Assembly (NCBI GenBank): GCA_963752025.1
Contig: CAVVWY010000016.1
Location: 75,579 to 139,578, forward strand
DNA length: 64,000 bases
From: an uncultured Alphaproteobacteria bacterium
GTDB taxonomy: Bacteria; Pseudomonadota; Alphaproteobacteria; Sphingomonadales; Sphingomonadaceae
Direction: 5' to 3'
Under the pieces are notes generated by a model. The model ran no database searches, was not told the DNA's origin, and was given only the letters and a program-made list of their open reading frames with translations. This document shows positions 29,697 to 40,037 of the stretch, piece by piece. The first letter of the stretch is position 1, and the number at the start of each line of letters is the position of its first letter. A program made the position numbers and the translations under genes.

Positions 29697-30577
29697 TAGG
29701 GCGTATCCTCAGCTTGCGGCGTCGATTCGGCGGCCACTGCTGCCGGCTCAAAAGGTGGCTCGACGATGGCGAAGCTGATCATGGATGGATCGGCGAGCGG
29801 AAGTGCGACGGCGCCATCGTCGTCCAGCTTCACGACGCGCGCGACGGGAACTAGTGGCGGGTAGAGGCCGCCGGTTCCGGACGTGATAATAATGTCGCCT
29901 CGCTTGAACGGGTTCCGCCCGACCTCGAGCGGGCGAACGTCGATCGTACCGTCGCCGCGTCCCTGAGCGATGACCGGAATGCCACCGCGAAGCAGACGCG
30001 CGGGGACGATATTAGCGCGGTCCGAGACAAGCATCACGCGTGACGCGAGCGTTCCCGCATCGATGATTCGGCCAACCAGGCCGTCAGCCGAGCGGACCGG
30101 CATCCCGATGCGGACGCCGTCCTTGCCTCCTGCTGATAGGATTGCGAAACGGCGAAGGCTGTTGAAAGACGACCCCACGATTCGTCCGACGGCTACGACG
30201 TTCTGATCGTGCTCGCGGAGTTGAAGCGTCGCCTTGAGCTGCTGGTTCTCCTGGACGATGGCCTTCGCCTCGACCATCCGGCGAAGCATCGTTTGGCGCT
30301 CGCGCTTCAGCTTCGCGTTCTGGTTGGCCGCGTCCCAATAGTTCCCCGCACCTGTGAACACGCCCGATGCGGTCGCTGTCACCTCGTGCAGCGCCCCTGC
30401 CACGGGTCCGGTGACGTCAAGCGCCGCACCGCGCACAGTCTGGAATGCCTTTGGCGCGACCAGCGACATCGTCAGGAGGATCACTCCGACGACGATCCCC
30501 GCAATGACTGCGAGGAAGCTGAAGAAGAGCCCGTACTGGGCTCTACGCGACCAGCCGGGACGCGCGGTCGCCACCAT
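29696..30577 (-). CDS. mreC: Rod shape-determining protein MreC
   Basis: TM plus coiled coil; GLVGRI, TSGTGGLYP. Confidence 0.93.
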   Translation of the reverse strand: MVATARPGWSRRAQYGLFFSFLAVIAGIVVGVILLTMSLVAPKAFQTVRGAALDVTGPVAGALHEVTATASGVFTGAGNYWDAANQNAKLKRERQTMLRRMVEAKAIVQENQQLKATLQLREHDQNVVAVGRIVGSSFNSLRRFAILSAGGKDGVRIGMPVRSADGLVGRIIDAGTLASRVMLVSDRANIVPARLLRGGIPVIAQGRGDGTIDVRPLEVGRNPFKRGDIIITSGTGGLYPPLVPVARVVKLDDDGAVALPLADPSMISFAIVEPPFEPAAVAAESTPQAEDTP

Positions 30578-30588
30578 TCATTTCCCCG

Positions 30589-31782
<1,194 letters not shown>

Positions 31783-31787
31783 TTAAC

Positions 31788-33545
31788 ATGTCAATAAAAA
31801 GGCTGCCGCCGGAGCTCATCAATCGCATTGCCGCTGGCGAGGTCGTCGAACGGCCCGCGAGCGCGCTTAAGGAATTGATTGAAAACAGCTTGGACGCCGG
31901 CGCGAATCGAATTGCGGTAAGGCTCGCGGCAGGTGGACTCGAGCTCATCGAGGTTGCCGACGATGGCTCCGGCATGAGTTCCGACGAGATGCGCCTCGCG
32001 ATGGAGCGGCATGCAACATCGAAGCTGCCGACGGAGGCCATCGAGCAAGTCACGACCTTTGGATTCCGCGGCGAAGCCTTGCCGTCGATTGCCAGCGTCT
32101 CGCGCTTCACGCTGGAAAGCCGCTTGGCCGGATATGACGGCTGGCGAATCGAGATCGACCACGGCGTTCCGGCAGGCGAGGGGCCGGCAGCCTTGCCGCA
32201 CGGTACCCGCATTCGGATCGAAGGGCTGTTCGACAAGGTGCCCGCCCGTCGCAAGTTCCTGCGATCGCCTCGCTCCGAGTATGCCGCGTGCCTCGACGCC
32301 GTGAAGCGGCTTGCGATGGCGCGCAGCGATGTGGCCTTCACTCTCGATTTGGATGGCCGACGCATCCTGACGCTTCAGCCGGCCGAGGCGCCGGCACGAG
32401 TGGCGGAGCTTCTGAGCCATGAACTCGGCCGTTACGGGATCGGCATCGACTGCGTTCGGGATGGCTTGCTCCTCACGGGCGTCATCAGCCTTCCGACGTT
32501 CAACCGCGGTGTGGCTGATCAGCAATTCCTGTTCGTGAACGCGAGGCCGGTGAAGGACCGCCTTCTCGTCGGCGCCCTGCGAGCGGCTTATCGCGACCTT
32601 ATCGCCCGCGATCGCCATCCGATCGCCGCCTTGTTCCTGGACGTCCCTCTCGAGGAGGTCGACGTCAACGTCCACCCGGCCAAAACCGAGGTGCGCTTCC
32701 GCGACCCTGCCGCCGTTCGTGCGCTCATTGTGGGTGGCCTTCGCCGAGCGCTCGACGAAGAAGGTCACCGCAGCGCCGCTCGCGAGCAAGCGGCCGCGCC
32801 GGCGATGTGGACGAGTAGTGCCAGCTACGACGGCGATCTCAATCGCTCTCCAGCTCCGCCGACGTCGGAGCCCGACCGCGACGCGTCAGTAGTCGCTGAA
32901 GCACGCGTTCTCTTCGACCACGCGCCTGCAGCCCGTGCCCAGCCGGCTGTCGAACCAGTCCCAAGTTTTCCCCTTGGAGCGGCCCGCGGCCAAGTTGCGG
33001 CCACCTACATCGTGGCCGAAGCCGAAGACGGGATCGTCATCGTGGACCAGCATGCCGCGCACGAGCGACTGGTACTCGAGCGCATGCGCGCTGCCCGCGA
33101 GGGCGGGGCGGTCGCGCGCCAGGTTCTGCTTCTTCCGGAGGTCGTCGAATTAGATGAGCCCGAATGCGATCGGCTCGAAGCCGCTCACGCTGAGCTCGCG
33201 GAACTCGGTCTCGATGTCGAGCGCTTCGGTCGGACTTCGATGCTGGTCCGGACAGTCCCTGCGGCGCTCGGTACGACCGATGCTTCGGCGCTGCTCGCAG
33301 ACCTTGCAGGCGAATTCGCCGAGCTCGGCGGGCCGATGAGTCTGCGAGACAAGCTCGACCATGTGTTAGCCACGATCGCATGCCATGGCTCGGTGCGGGC
33401 AGGACGAATCCTCAGCGTTGTTGAGATGAACGCGCTGCTTCGCGAGATGGAAGTCACTCCGCGTTCAGGTCAGTGCAACCACGGCCGTCCGACCTGGGTG
33501 AAGCTCGGCCATTCAGAGATCGAAAAGCTCTTCGGTCGCAAGTAA
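31788..33545 (+). CDS. mutL: DNA mismatch repair protein MutL
   Basis: IAAGEVVERPAS, GFRGEAL, DQHAAHER, CNHGRP. Confidence 0.97.
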   Translation: MSIKRLPPELINRIAAGEVVERPASALKELIENSLDAGANRIAVRLAAGGLELIEVADDGSGMSSDEMRLAMERHATSKLPTEAIEQVTTFGFRGEALPSIASVSRFTLESRLAGYDGWRIEIDHGVPAGEGPAALPHGTRIRIEGLFDKVPARRKFLRSPRSEYAACLDAVKRLAMARSDVAFTLDLDGRRILTLQPAEAPARVAELLSHELGRYGIGIDCVRDGLLLTGVISLPTFNRGVADQQFLFVNARPVKDRLLVGALRAAYRDLIARDRHPIAALFLDVPLEEVDVNVHPAKTEVRFRDPAAVRALIVGGLRRALDEEGHRSAAREQAAAPAMWTSSASYDGDLNRSPAPPTSEPDRDASVVAEARVLFDHAPAARAQPAVEPVPSFPLGAARGQVAATYIVAEAEDGIVIVDQHAAHERLVLERMRAAREGGAVARQVLLLPEVVELDEPECDRLEAAHAELAELGLDVERFGRTSMLVRTVPAALGTTDASALLADLAGEFAELGGPMSLRDKLDHVLATIACHGSVRAGRILSVVEMNALLREMEVTPRSGQCNHGRPTWVKLGHSEIEKLFGRK

Positions 33546-33583
33546 GGCTTGAACCGGGTCCCCGGCGCGTTAGACCCGGGGCA

Positions 33584-33665
33584 GGGAATGGGGTCTCCCC
33601 AGAGTCACCGCGAACTCTCAACGTCACCGTGAACTCTCAACCGCCGACTGGCTGATGGCTCCTAC
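33584..33665 (+). ncRNA. Fluoride riboswitch with an internal 19-bp tandem duplication
   Basis: GGGAATGGGGTCTCCC...AACCGC-CGACTG-GCTGATGGCTCCTAC directly upstream of crcB. Confidence 0.85.
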
Positions 33666-33694
33666 AGGCGCAGATCTGCTGCAGTAGGAGGGTT

Positions 33695-34078
33695 ATGCTT
33701 TACGCGATCGTGTTCATCGGTGCCGGCATCGGCGGCGCCGTGCGCCACGGCGTCAATATCGCGGCGACGCGGGTTTTCGGGCTCGAATTTCCTTACGGGA
33801 CGCTGATCGTGAACGTCGTTGGCTCCTTCTTGATGGGTGCGCTCGCCGGCTACTTCGCCTTCAGGCCGGGGGTCAGCCAACACGCCCGCCTGTTCCTGAC
33901 CACCGGTATTTTGGGCGGCTTCACCACTTTTTCCGCTTTCTCGCTTGACGCCGCTCTTCTAATCGACCGCAACAAACAGGCTCTCGCAGCCGGCTATATC
34001 GTCGGTTCGGTCGCGTTGAGCCTCGCGGCCCTGTTTCTCGGGCTGTCCATTTTCGAACGCAGGATTCCGCTACCGTGA
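33695..34078 (+). CDS. crcB: Fluoride channel CrcB/Fluc
   Basis: GAGIGGAVR, GTLIVNVVGSF, TGILGGFTTFSAF. Confidence 0.95.
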   Translation: MLYAIVFIGAGIGGAVRHGVNIAATRVFGLEFPYGTLIVNVVGSFLMGALAGYFAFRPGVSQHARLFLTTGILGGFTTFSAFSLDAALLIDRNKQALAAGYIVGSVALSLAALFLGLSIFERRIPLP

Positions 34079-34626
34079 ACATCGATCTCATTCCCATCGG
34101 CGATAATCCGCCGAACAGCGTCAACGTCGTCATCGAAGTGCCGGTCGGCGGGGAGCCAGTGAAGTACGAGTTCGACAAGAAGTCGGGCGCGTTATTCGTG
34201 GATCGAATCCTGCATACGCCGATGCGCTACCCGGCGAACTATGGTTTCATCCCGCACACGCTTTCGCCCGATGGCGACCCGCTCGATGCACTCGTGATCG
34301 CGCGCTCACCGTTCGTCCCGGGCTGCGTCGTGCGTGCGCGGCCGATCGGCGTCCTCAATCTGGAGGATGAGCATGGCGGCGACGAGAAGCTGATCTGCGT
34401 GCCTGTGGATTCGACCTTTCCTTATTATGCCGACGTGGGCGAACGGCAGGACTTGCCCTCCATCGTTCTTCAGCAGATCGAGCATTTCTTCACCCACTAT
34501 AAGGACCTCGAATCCGAGAAGTGGGTGCGCGTCGGCCACTGGGGCAATGCCGAGGACGCCAAGCGCGTGCTCCTCGAAGCCATCGATCGCGCTCAGAGTC
34601 ATGCGAAGGTCGAATCCGCCAGCTAA
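34075..34626 (+). CDS. ppa: Inorganic pyrophosphatase
   Basis: KYEFDK, YPANYGFIP, DGDPLD, DEK. Confidence 0.96.
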   Translation: MNIDLIPIGDNPPNSVNVVIEVPVGGEPVKYEFDKKSGALFVDRILHTPMRYPANYGFIPHTLSPDGDPLDALVIARSPFVPGCVVRARPIGVLNLEDEHGGDEKLICVPVDSTFPYYADVGERQDLPSIVLQQIEHFFTHYKDLESEKWVRVGHWGNAEDAKRVLLEAIDRAQSHAKVESAS

Positions 34627-34686
34627 GGCGACATTTCGCGACGATTTTGTTACAGGCGCGCCTGCCACGTGAGGGAGGCCCGTTCA

Positions 34687-34857
34687 ATGCAAGACCATGA
34701 TCGTATCTATTTCGCGCAGCGGGCGGCGGAAGAGCAGGCGCTTGCCCAGTCAGCGTCGAATCCGGATGTCGCAAAGGCGCATCTCAAGATGCAACGCGCC
34801 TATCTTGAAAAGGCAAGCGTCGGGGGCAGGCCGGCCGCAGCTCAGCCGACCGACTGA
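34687..34857 (+). CDS. Small helical hypothetical protein
   Basis: MQDHDRIYFAQRAAEE...AHLKM..AY; GGAGG RBS. Confidence 0.6.
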   Translation: MQDHDRIYFAQRAAEEQALAQSASNPDVAKAHLKMQRAYLEKASVGGRPAAAQPTD

Positions 34858-35825
34858 TCCGCATCCTTCAATCGCCTGAAGGTCTCTTGGAGCAGAGTCT
34901 CGCGAGCGGCTGAGCGCGCGCGCTCCAAGCGGACATAGCCACTGATTTCCTCCTTCTTCAGCTCGTCGGCAAAGGTCCCGGCCCGAACTTCGCGCAGCAC
35001 TTCGGCCATTCGTCCGCGGATGGCGCTGTCGACGATGCGCCGGCCGCCGAGAAACGCGCCGAGCTCGGCCGTGTTCGAGATCGCCTCGCGCATGCCGGCA
35101 ATTCCACGCGCTTCGATGAGCTCGGCGATTAGCTTCAGCTCGCCGACGCACTCGAGGTAGGCGACCTCTGGGGAAACCCCGCCCGCCACCAATGTCTCGA
35201 ATCCAGCGGTTAGTATTTCGGGAACCGCCCCCCAAACTACGGCCTGCTCGTTGAACAGATCGGCTTCCGCTTCCTCTGCGAAGGTCAATTCGATGAGACC
35301 GGCTCGGCCCGAGCCGATCGCACGGCCATAGGCGATGGCGATCGCCCGCGCGTTGCCGCTTGCATCTTGCTCGACTGCCCAGAGCGCGATCATGCCCTTA
35401 CCCTCCTGATAGAGGGAACGAAGGGCCGTGCCGGGACCCTTGGGTGCGATGAGGAAGACGTCGAGGTCGGCGCGGGGCTTCACAAAGCCAAAGCGTACGG
35501 AAAGGCCGTGGCTAAAGCCGAGCGCGGCGCCCTGCCGCAGCCGCGGCTCCATTTCGGCATAAAGCAAATCGTGAATTTCGTCGGGAGCAAGCAGCATGAC
35601 GACGTCCGCTGAGGCCACGGCCTGCTCCACCAAAGCCGTTTCAAGTCCGGCTGCTGCGGCTTCGAAGGTGCTTCCGGAGCTCCCACGAAGACCGACGACC
35701 ACATCGATGCCGCTGTCGTGGAGGTTCAGGGCCTGGGCGCGGCCTTGGTTGCCGTAGCCGAGAATCGCAACGCGCTTACCTGTGAGCGGGGAGGGATCGA
35801 TGTCGGCGTCACGAAGCATCTTCAT
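34842..35825 (-). CDS. ilvC: Ketol-acid reductoisomerase
   Basis: GYGNQGRAQALNL.DSG, APKGPG, ISNTAE. Confidence 0.92.
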   Translation of the reverse strand: MKMLRDADIDPSPLTGKRVAILGYGNQGRAQALNLHDSGIDVVVGLRGSSGSTFEAAAAGLETALVEQAVASADVVMLLAPDEIHDLLYAEMEPRLRQGAALGFSHGLSVRFGFVKPRADLDVFLIAPKGPGTALRSLYQEGKGMIALWAVEQDASGNARAIAIAYGRAIGSGRAGLIELTFAEEAEADLFNEQAVVWGAVPEILTAGFETLVAGGVSPEVAYLECVGELKLIAELIEARGIAGMREAISNTAELGAFLGGRRIVDSAIRGRMAEVLREVRAGTFADELKKEEISGYVRLERARSAARETLLQETFRRLKDADQSVG

Positions 35826-35834
35826 GTTCGCCGC

Positions 35835-36770
35835 CTAGGCGCTCGCCGTCAGCAGTTCCAGCACTTGGTCGAACGTGGCGGCATCCAGCGGATCTGCGAA
35901 CCGTAGCCAGTCGGCGGGGGGCTGGTGCGCGAACCAGGTATATTGCCGCTTGGCATAACGCCGCGTCGCTTGCTGGCCTGCAGCGACCGCCTGCTCAAGC
36001 GAGCTTTCGCCGGTCACGAACGAGGCGATTTCGCGGACGCCGATCCCGCGCATTACCGGGAGGTTGGGATCGAGTTTGCGAGCGAGCAGCGCCGTAATTT
36101 CCTCAATTGCGCCACGTTCGATCATTTCGGCGAACCGTTGATCACAGCGGCCGTAAAGCCAATCCCGGGGGGGCAGCGCTATCAGCGGCCTGAGATCGAC
36201 GTCTTCAAGGATTCCGCCCTCGCGCTGCTGGTGCCATTTCGTGAGCGGACGACCGGTCGAGACCACAACTTCCAACGCTCGCGCTATCCTCGCCCTGTCG
36301 GAGGCGTTGAGACGCTCCGCTGCCTCCGGATCCAAGTCGACGAGCCTCGCCCGGTTTTCCTCCACGCATGCAGCGCGAACCTCGCGCCGCACTTCCTCGT
36401 CGATGTGAGGCACCGGAGCGATGCCGTCGAGCAAAGTTCTGATGTAAAGCCCGGTCCCACCAGCAAGGATCGGCAACTGTCCTTGCTCGTGAACATCCGC
36501 AATCTCCCGCCGCGCCCGCTCGGCCCAGTCGGCGGCAGAGCAAGCGATTGCTCCGTCGAGGAAGCCGTACAACCTATGCTCTGCACGCGACATCTCGTCC
36601 GCCGACGGGCCGGCACTAAGCACCGGCAAATCGACATAGACCTGTGCACTGTCGGCATTGATTATGATGCCATTCGTCCGTTGGGCGAGCTCCAGCGCAA
36701 GTGCCGACTTGCCGCTGGCCGTCGGTCCAGCAATTAAAGCGAGTGGAGGTTTTGGAACTCGGATGGCCAT
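35835..36770 (-). CDS. miaA: tRNA dimethylallyltransferase
   Basis: IAGPTASGKS, NADSAQVY, GGTGLY, TRRYAKRQ.TW. Confidence 0.95.
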   Translation of the reverse strand: MAIRVPKPPLALIAGPTASGKSALALELAQRTNGIIINADSAQVYVDLPVLSAGPSADEMSRAEHRLYGFLDGAIACSAADWAERARREIADVHEQGQLPILAGGTGLYIRTLLDGIAPVPHIDEEVRREVRAACVEENRARLVDLDPEAAERLNASDRARIARALEVVVSTGRPLTKWHQQREGGILEDVDLRPLIALPPRDWLYGRCDQRFAEMIERGAIEEITALLARKLDPNLPVMRGIGVREIASFVTGESSLEQAVAAGQQATRRYAKRQYTWFAHQPPADWLRFADPLDAATFDQVLELLTASA

Positions 36771-37686
36771 TGCGACCCTGATAGCAGCGGGACGGCTCGA
36801 TGACAGATTGGTGGATAGGGCGCTCGGCCTCCTGCGTGAGGTCGATCCGCAGGCGCGTTTCCTCCACTGGATCGACGAGGGCGATGCGGCCGACCTCAGC
36901 TTCAGCGGCGACCCGAAGACAGCGCGATGGGCGCTCGAATCGGTTGAGAGCCTCGACGTGGCCATCCAGCAGGATGAGCCGCGCTGGAGGAAATTGCTCG
37001 TCGCGGACATGGATTCCACCATCGTGGGGCAGGAATGCCTCGATGAGCTCGCGGATTATGCCGGCCTGAAGGACAAAGTCGCGCAGATCACGGATCGGGC
37101 AATGCGCGGCGAGCTCGACTTCAGCGGCGCGCTTCGGGAGCGGGTGCGGCTGCTCGCCGGGCTCGACCAGGGGGCACTAAGCCTCTGCCTAGACGAACGG
37201 GTGAAAATCACCGCGGGCGCCGAGACGTTGGTTCAGACGATGCGCGCGGGCGGGGCGAGCTGCCTACTTGTCTCCGGCGGCTTCCTCTCCTTCGCAAACC
37301 CTATCGCCGAGACGGTCGGCTTCGATCGGGTCAGGGCGAACCGCCTCGTTTTCGCCGGTGGAAAGCTCAGCGGTGACGTCGGCGATCCAATCGTGGACGC
37401 GATCGCGAAACGGGAGGCGCTGATCGAGGCACGCGAGCAACTGGGTCTTGCCTCATCCGAGGTTTTGGCTGTGGGCGATGGCGCCAACGACAAGCTCATG
37501 ATCGAGGAGGCTGGGTTGGGCGTCGCGTACAAGGGCAGGCCGGTGCTCGTCGACGCCTCGGATGCAGCACTGAACCATCACGGCCTGGACGCCTTGCTGT
37601 GGGTGCAGGGCGTCAGCCGACGCGATTGGTTCCGAGGCGGGTTATCGAGCCGCGACCGGGAAGCAGGCCTGTCCGCGCGCCGATAG
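36763..37686 (+). CDS. serB: Phosphoserine phosphatase
   Basis: DMDST, SGGF and GDGAND HAD motifs. Confidence 0.93.
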   Translation: MAIATLIAAGRLDDRLVDRALGLLREVDPQARFLHWIDEGDAADLSFSGDPKTARWALESVESLDVAIQQDEPRWRKLLVADMDSTIVGQECLDELADYAGLKDKVAQITDRAMRGELDFSGALRERVRLLAGLDQGALSLCLDERVKITAGAETLVQTMRAGGASCLLVSGGFLSFANPIAETVGFDRVRANRLVFAGGKLSGDVGDPIVDAIAKREALIEAREQLGLASSEVLAVGDGANDKLMIEEAGLGVAYKGRPVLVDASDAALNHHGLDALLWVQGVSRRDWFRGGLSSRDREAGLSARR

Positions 37687-38544
37687 GGAGGAGCAGGCGG
37701 CGGCTGCGGTGGCGCGATCAGGGTAGGGTCCGATTTGCAGGCGGGTGACCGTTCCCGCCGGGACGTAAAAGGCCTGGTGACCGCCAAGCGATCCCGAAAG
37801 CTTCTTGAATAGAGCTTCGGCTGACCCACGCTGCGAGAAGGCGCCCAACTGGATACGCCAGCGGCCGGTTGCCGGCATTGTTGGTGGAGCAGGGGCGGCA
37901 AGTGACGTCACTTTGTTCGATTTCGACTGGTCCGACTGCACGGGAGCAACCTTCGGAACCGGTTTTGAGCTTGGCGGTGGCACGGATTTGGCTTTCGCGA
38001 TTGCCATGGACAGCCCCTTCTTGCGCTGCGCGAGCGTCATCAACGTGTCGAGTTGTGCCAATGTTTCCTGCGCCGGTGCCAGTCCCTGCGCTGCGGCCCG
38101 GCTCACCAGCGCATAGCCGAGAACTCGGTCCTGCTTCACGGCATCGCCGTTGAAGAGCGCTGTGCCATAGACCAGAAGTGCGCGGGGCTCGCCGCGGTCG
38201 GCGGCGATCTTCAGCCATTTGATGCCACCCGCGCGGTCGCCATTTTCAAAGAGCATCAGGCCGAGCGTCGCCTGCGCGTCAATGTGGCCCTTGTTGGCCG
38301 CACGTTCGAACCAGATCTTTGCTGCCGCGAGATTGATCGGCACGCCTCGACCGAGGCGATAAGCTTGGGCGAGGTTGAACGAGGCGTCCGGATCGCCCCT
38401 TTCCGCGAGCGGTCGCCAAATTGCCACAGCCGCCGCGTAATCGGACCGCTGCCATGCTTCGATGCCCGATTTGACCGTTTGAGCCGGCAGCGACGAACTC
38501 GCGGCCCCGACCAAAGCTGCGGCAACTAAATGTTTCAGAATCAT
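37642..38544 (-). CDS. Sel1-repeat plus SPOR-domain periplasmic protein
   Basis: FNLAQAYRLGRGV Sel1 repeats; WRIQLGAF SPOR domain. Confidence 0.88.
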   Translation of the reverse strand: MILKHLVAAALVGAASSSLPAQTVKSGIEAWQRSDYAAAVAIWRPLAERGDPDASFNLAQAYRLGRGVPINLAAAKIWFERAANKGHIDAQATLGLMLFENGDRAGGIKWLKIAADRGEPRALLVYGTALFNGDAVKQDRVLGYALVSRAAAQGLAPAQETLAQLDTLMTLAQRKKGLSMAIAKAKSVPPPSSKPVPKVAPVQSDQSKSNKVTSLAAPAPPTMPATGRWRIQLGAFSQRGSAEALFKKLSGSLGGHQAFYVPAGTVTRLQIGPYPDRATAAAACSSLSARGQACFPVAAR

Positions 38545-38608
38545 TGCTAATACCATCTGCCGCGACTGTAGCGGGACAGAACTTATCCTCAAATAAAGTC
38601 GTAGCTAT

Positions 38609-38624
38609 GTTAACCAGATTTTAG
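38609..38624 (-). promoter_or_regulatory. CtrA-like box in the divergent promoter region
   Basis: Plus strand GTTAA-ccagatt-TTAG (1 mismatch). Confidence 0.5.
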
Positions 38625-38674
38625 AGGCTGTGGTGCCACTCCCCCTGTGAACGGACGTCAACGAGGGGATAAGC

Positions 38675-39397
38675 ATGCGCGTCTTGGCAATGGCATCGCA
38701 GAAGGGCGGGTCGGGTAAGACGACCTTGTCCGGTCATCTTGCGGTGCAGGCGCAGATGTCGGGGGCGGGTCCTGTCTGCCTGATCGACATTGACCCTCAG
38801 GGCAGCCTTGCCGACTGGTGGAACGAGCGCGAAGCGGAGATGCCGGCTTTTGCTCAGACGACTGTGGCTCGTCTTGCCAGCGACCTCGAAGTTCTTCGCC
38901 AGCAGGGGTTCCGCCTTGCCGTCATCGACACCCCGCCGGCGATTACGATGGCCATTCAAAGCGTCATTGCAGTCGCGGAGCTGATCGTTATCCCAACTCG
39001 TCCGAGCCCGCACGATCTTCGCGCCGTTGGTGCGACGGTCGATCTTTGCGATCGCGCTGGCAAGCCTTTGATCTTCGTTGTCAATGCGGCCACGCCGAAA
39101 GCTAAGATCACTTATGAAGCCGCCGTTGCGCTTTCTCAGCACGGCACCGTCGCTCCCGTAACCCTCCACCACCGCACCGACTTCGCAGCGTCCATGATCG
39201 ACGGCCGAACGGTGATGGAAGTCGACCCACAGGGCCGTTCTTCCAAGGAAGTTCAGGAACTCTGGGAATATATTTCAGATCGCTTGGAAAAGAATTTCCG
39301 CCGCACGGTATTCGCGGCGCCCGGTGCGGCGCCCGGCGCCGCCCAGGCCAGTCCGCGTCCAGTCGGTGGCTTCGGTCGCCGCGTCGTCGGCCAGTAA
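38675..39397 (+). CDS. ParA/MinD-family ATPase (short, type Ib-like)
   Basis: QKGGSGKTT deviant Walker A, DIDPQGS, IDTPP. Confidence 0.92.
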   Translation: MRVLAMASQKGGSGKTTLSGHLAVQAQMSGAGPVCLIDIDPQGSLADWWNEREAEMPAFAQTTVARLASDLEVLRQQGFRLAVIDTPPAITMAIQSVIAVAELIVIPTRPSPHDLRAVGATVDLCDRAGKPLIFVVNAATPKAKITYEAAVALSQHGTVAPVTLHHRTDFAASMIDGRTVMEVDPQGRSSKEVQELWEYISDRLEKNFRRTVFAAPGAAPGAAQASPRPVGGFGRRVVGQ

Positions 39398-39409
39398 GGA
39401 GCCGGCGCG

Positions 39410-40033
39410 GTGGATCCCAAGCCTTTCGCTTCTCTCTCTTCCGGACTTCTCGCTCGCAAGGGCGCTGCTCGCCCGGCCATGCGGCCGCAGGGTTTCGGCC
39501 AAGTCAGCGGCAATCTCGAAGATCTCGGTTGGAACGACATGGGGTTCGAAGCGCCTAAGGCAGCGCCGGCGTCACGCGATGAAGATCACGATGCGTTCGG
39601 CGACGACGTGGCTGAGCATCCGCGGGCACATCACCCCACAGGGCTGACCCCAATCGATTCACCAGTTCATACACAGCAAGCGGAGATTATCGACCGCTTA
39701 AGCGTTGATGATAGCGAAGAATACGACGAGACTGCCGAGCTCTATGAACAACCAGAAGCTCAACCGGCAGCTGTTCCGGTCGTCGTTCCTGTCGCTGCTC
39801 ACGCTGCTGTGTCGACACCCAAGCGTGCGCCTCGCTCTCGTGCTGCCCCTGGCAGCAAGGGCAAGGCTGCTTTCACGCTTCGGCTCGATCCGGAGCGCCA
39901 CCTCAAGCTGCGACTCGCATGTGCGGTTGATGGGCGATCTGCCCAGCAGATCGTCACCGCTGCGCTTGACCAGTTTCTGGAAGCGATGCCGGACCTCGAT
40001 ACCTTGGCCACAAAGGCCAAACGGAAGGGGTAA
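39410..40033 (+). CDS. Disordered acidic protein with C-terminal ribbon-helix-helix-like domain
   Basis: N-terminus FASLSSGLLARKGAARPAMR; C-terminus KAAFTLRLDPERHLKLRLACAVDGRSAQQIVTAALDQFL. Confidence 0.75.
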   Translation: MDPKPFASLSSGLLARKGAARPAMRPQGFGQVSGNLEDLGWNDMGFEAPKAAPASRDEDHDAFGDDVAEHPRAHHPTGLTPIDSPVHTQQAEIIDRLSVDDSEEYDETAELYEQPEAQPAAVPVVVPVAAHAAVSTPKRAPRSRAAPGSKGKAAFTLRLDPERHLKLRLACAVDGRSAQQIVTAALDQFLEAMPDLDTLATKAKRKG

Positions 40034-40037
40034 CAGC

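Noticed and set aside
35835-37022. Extended ORF-track starts for miaA, serB, rodA, gatA, tig and the 39705 ORF
   Set aside because: The extensions overlap neighbouring genes; downstream starts fit family N-termini better.
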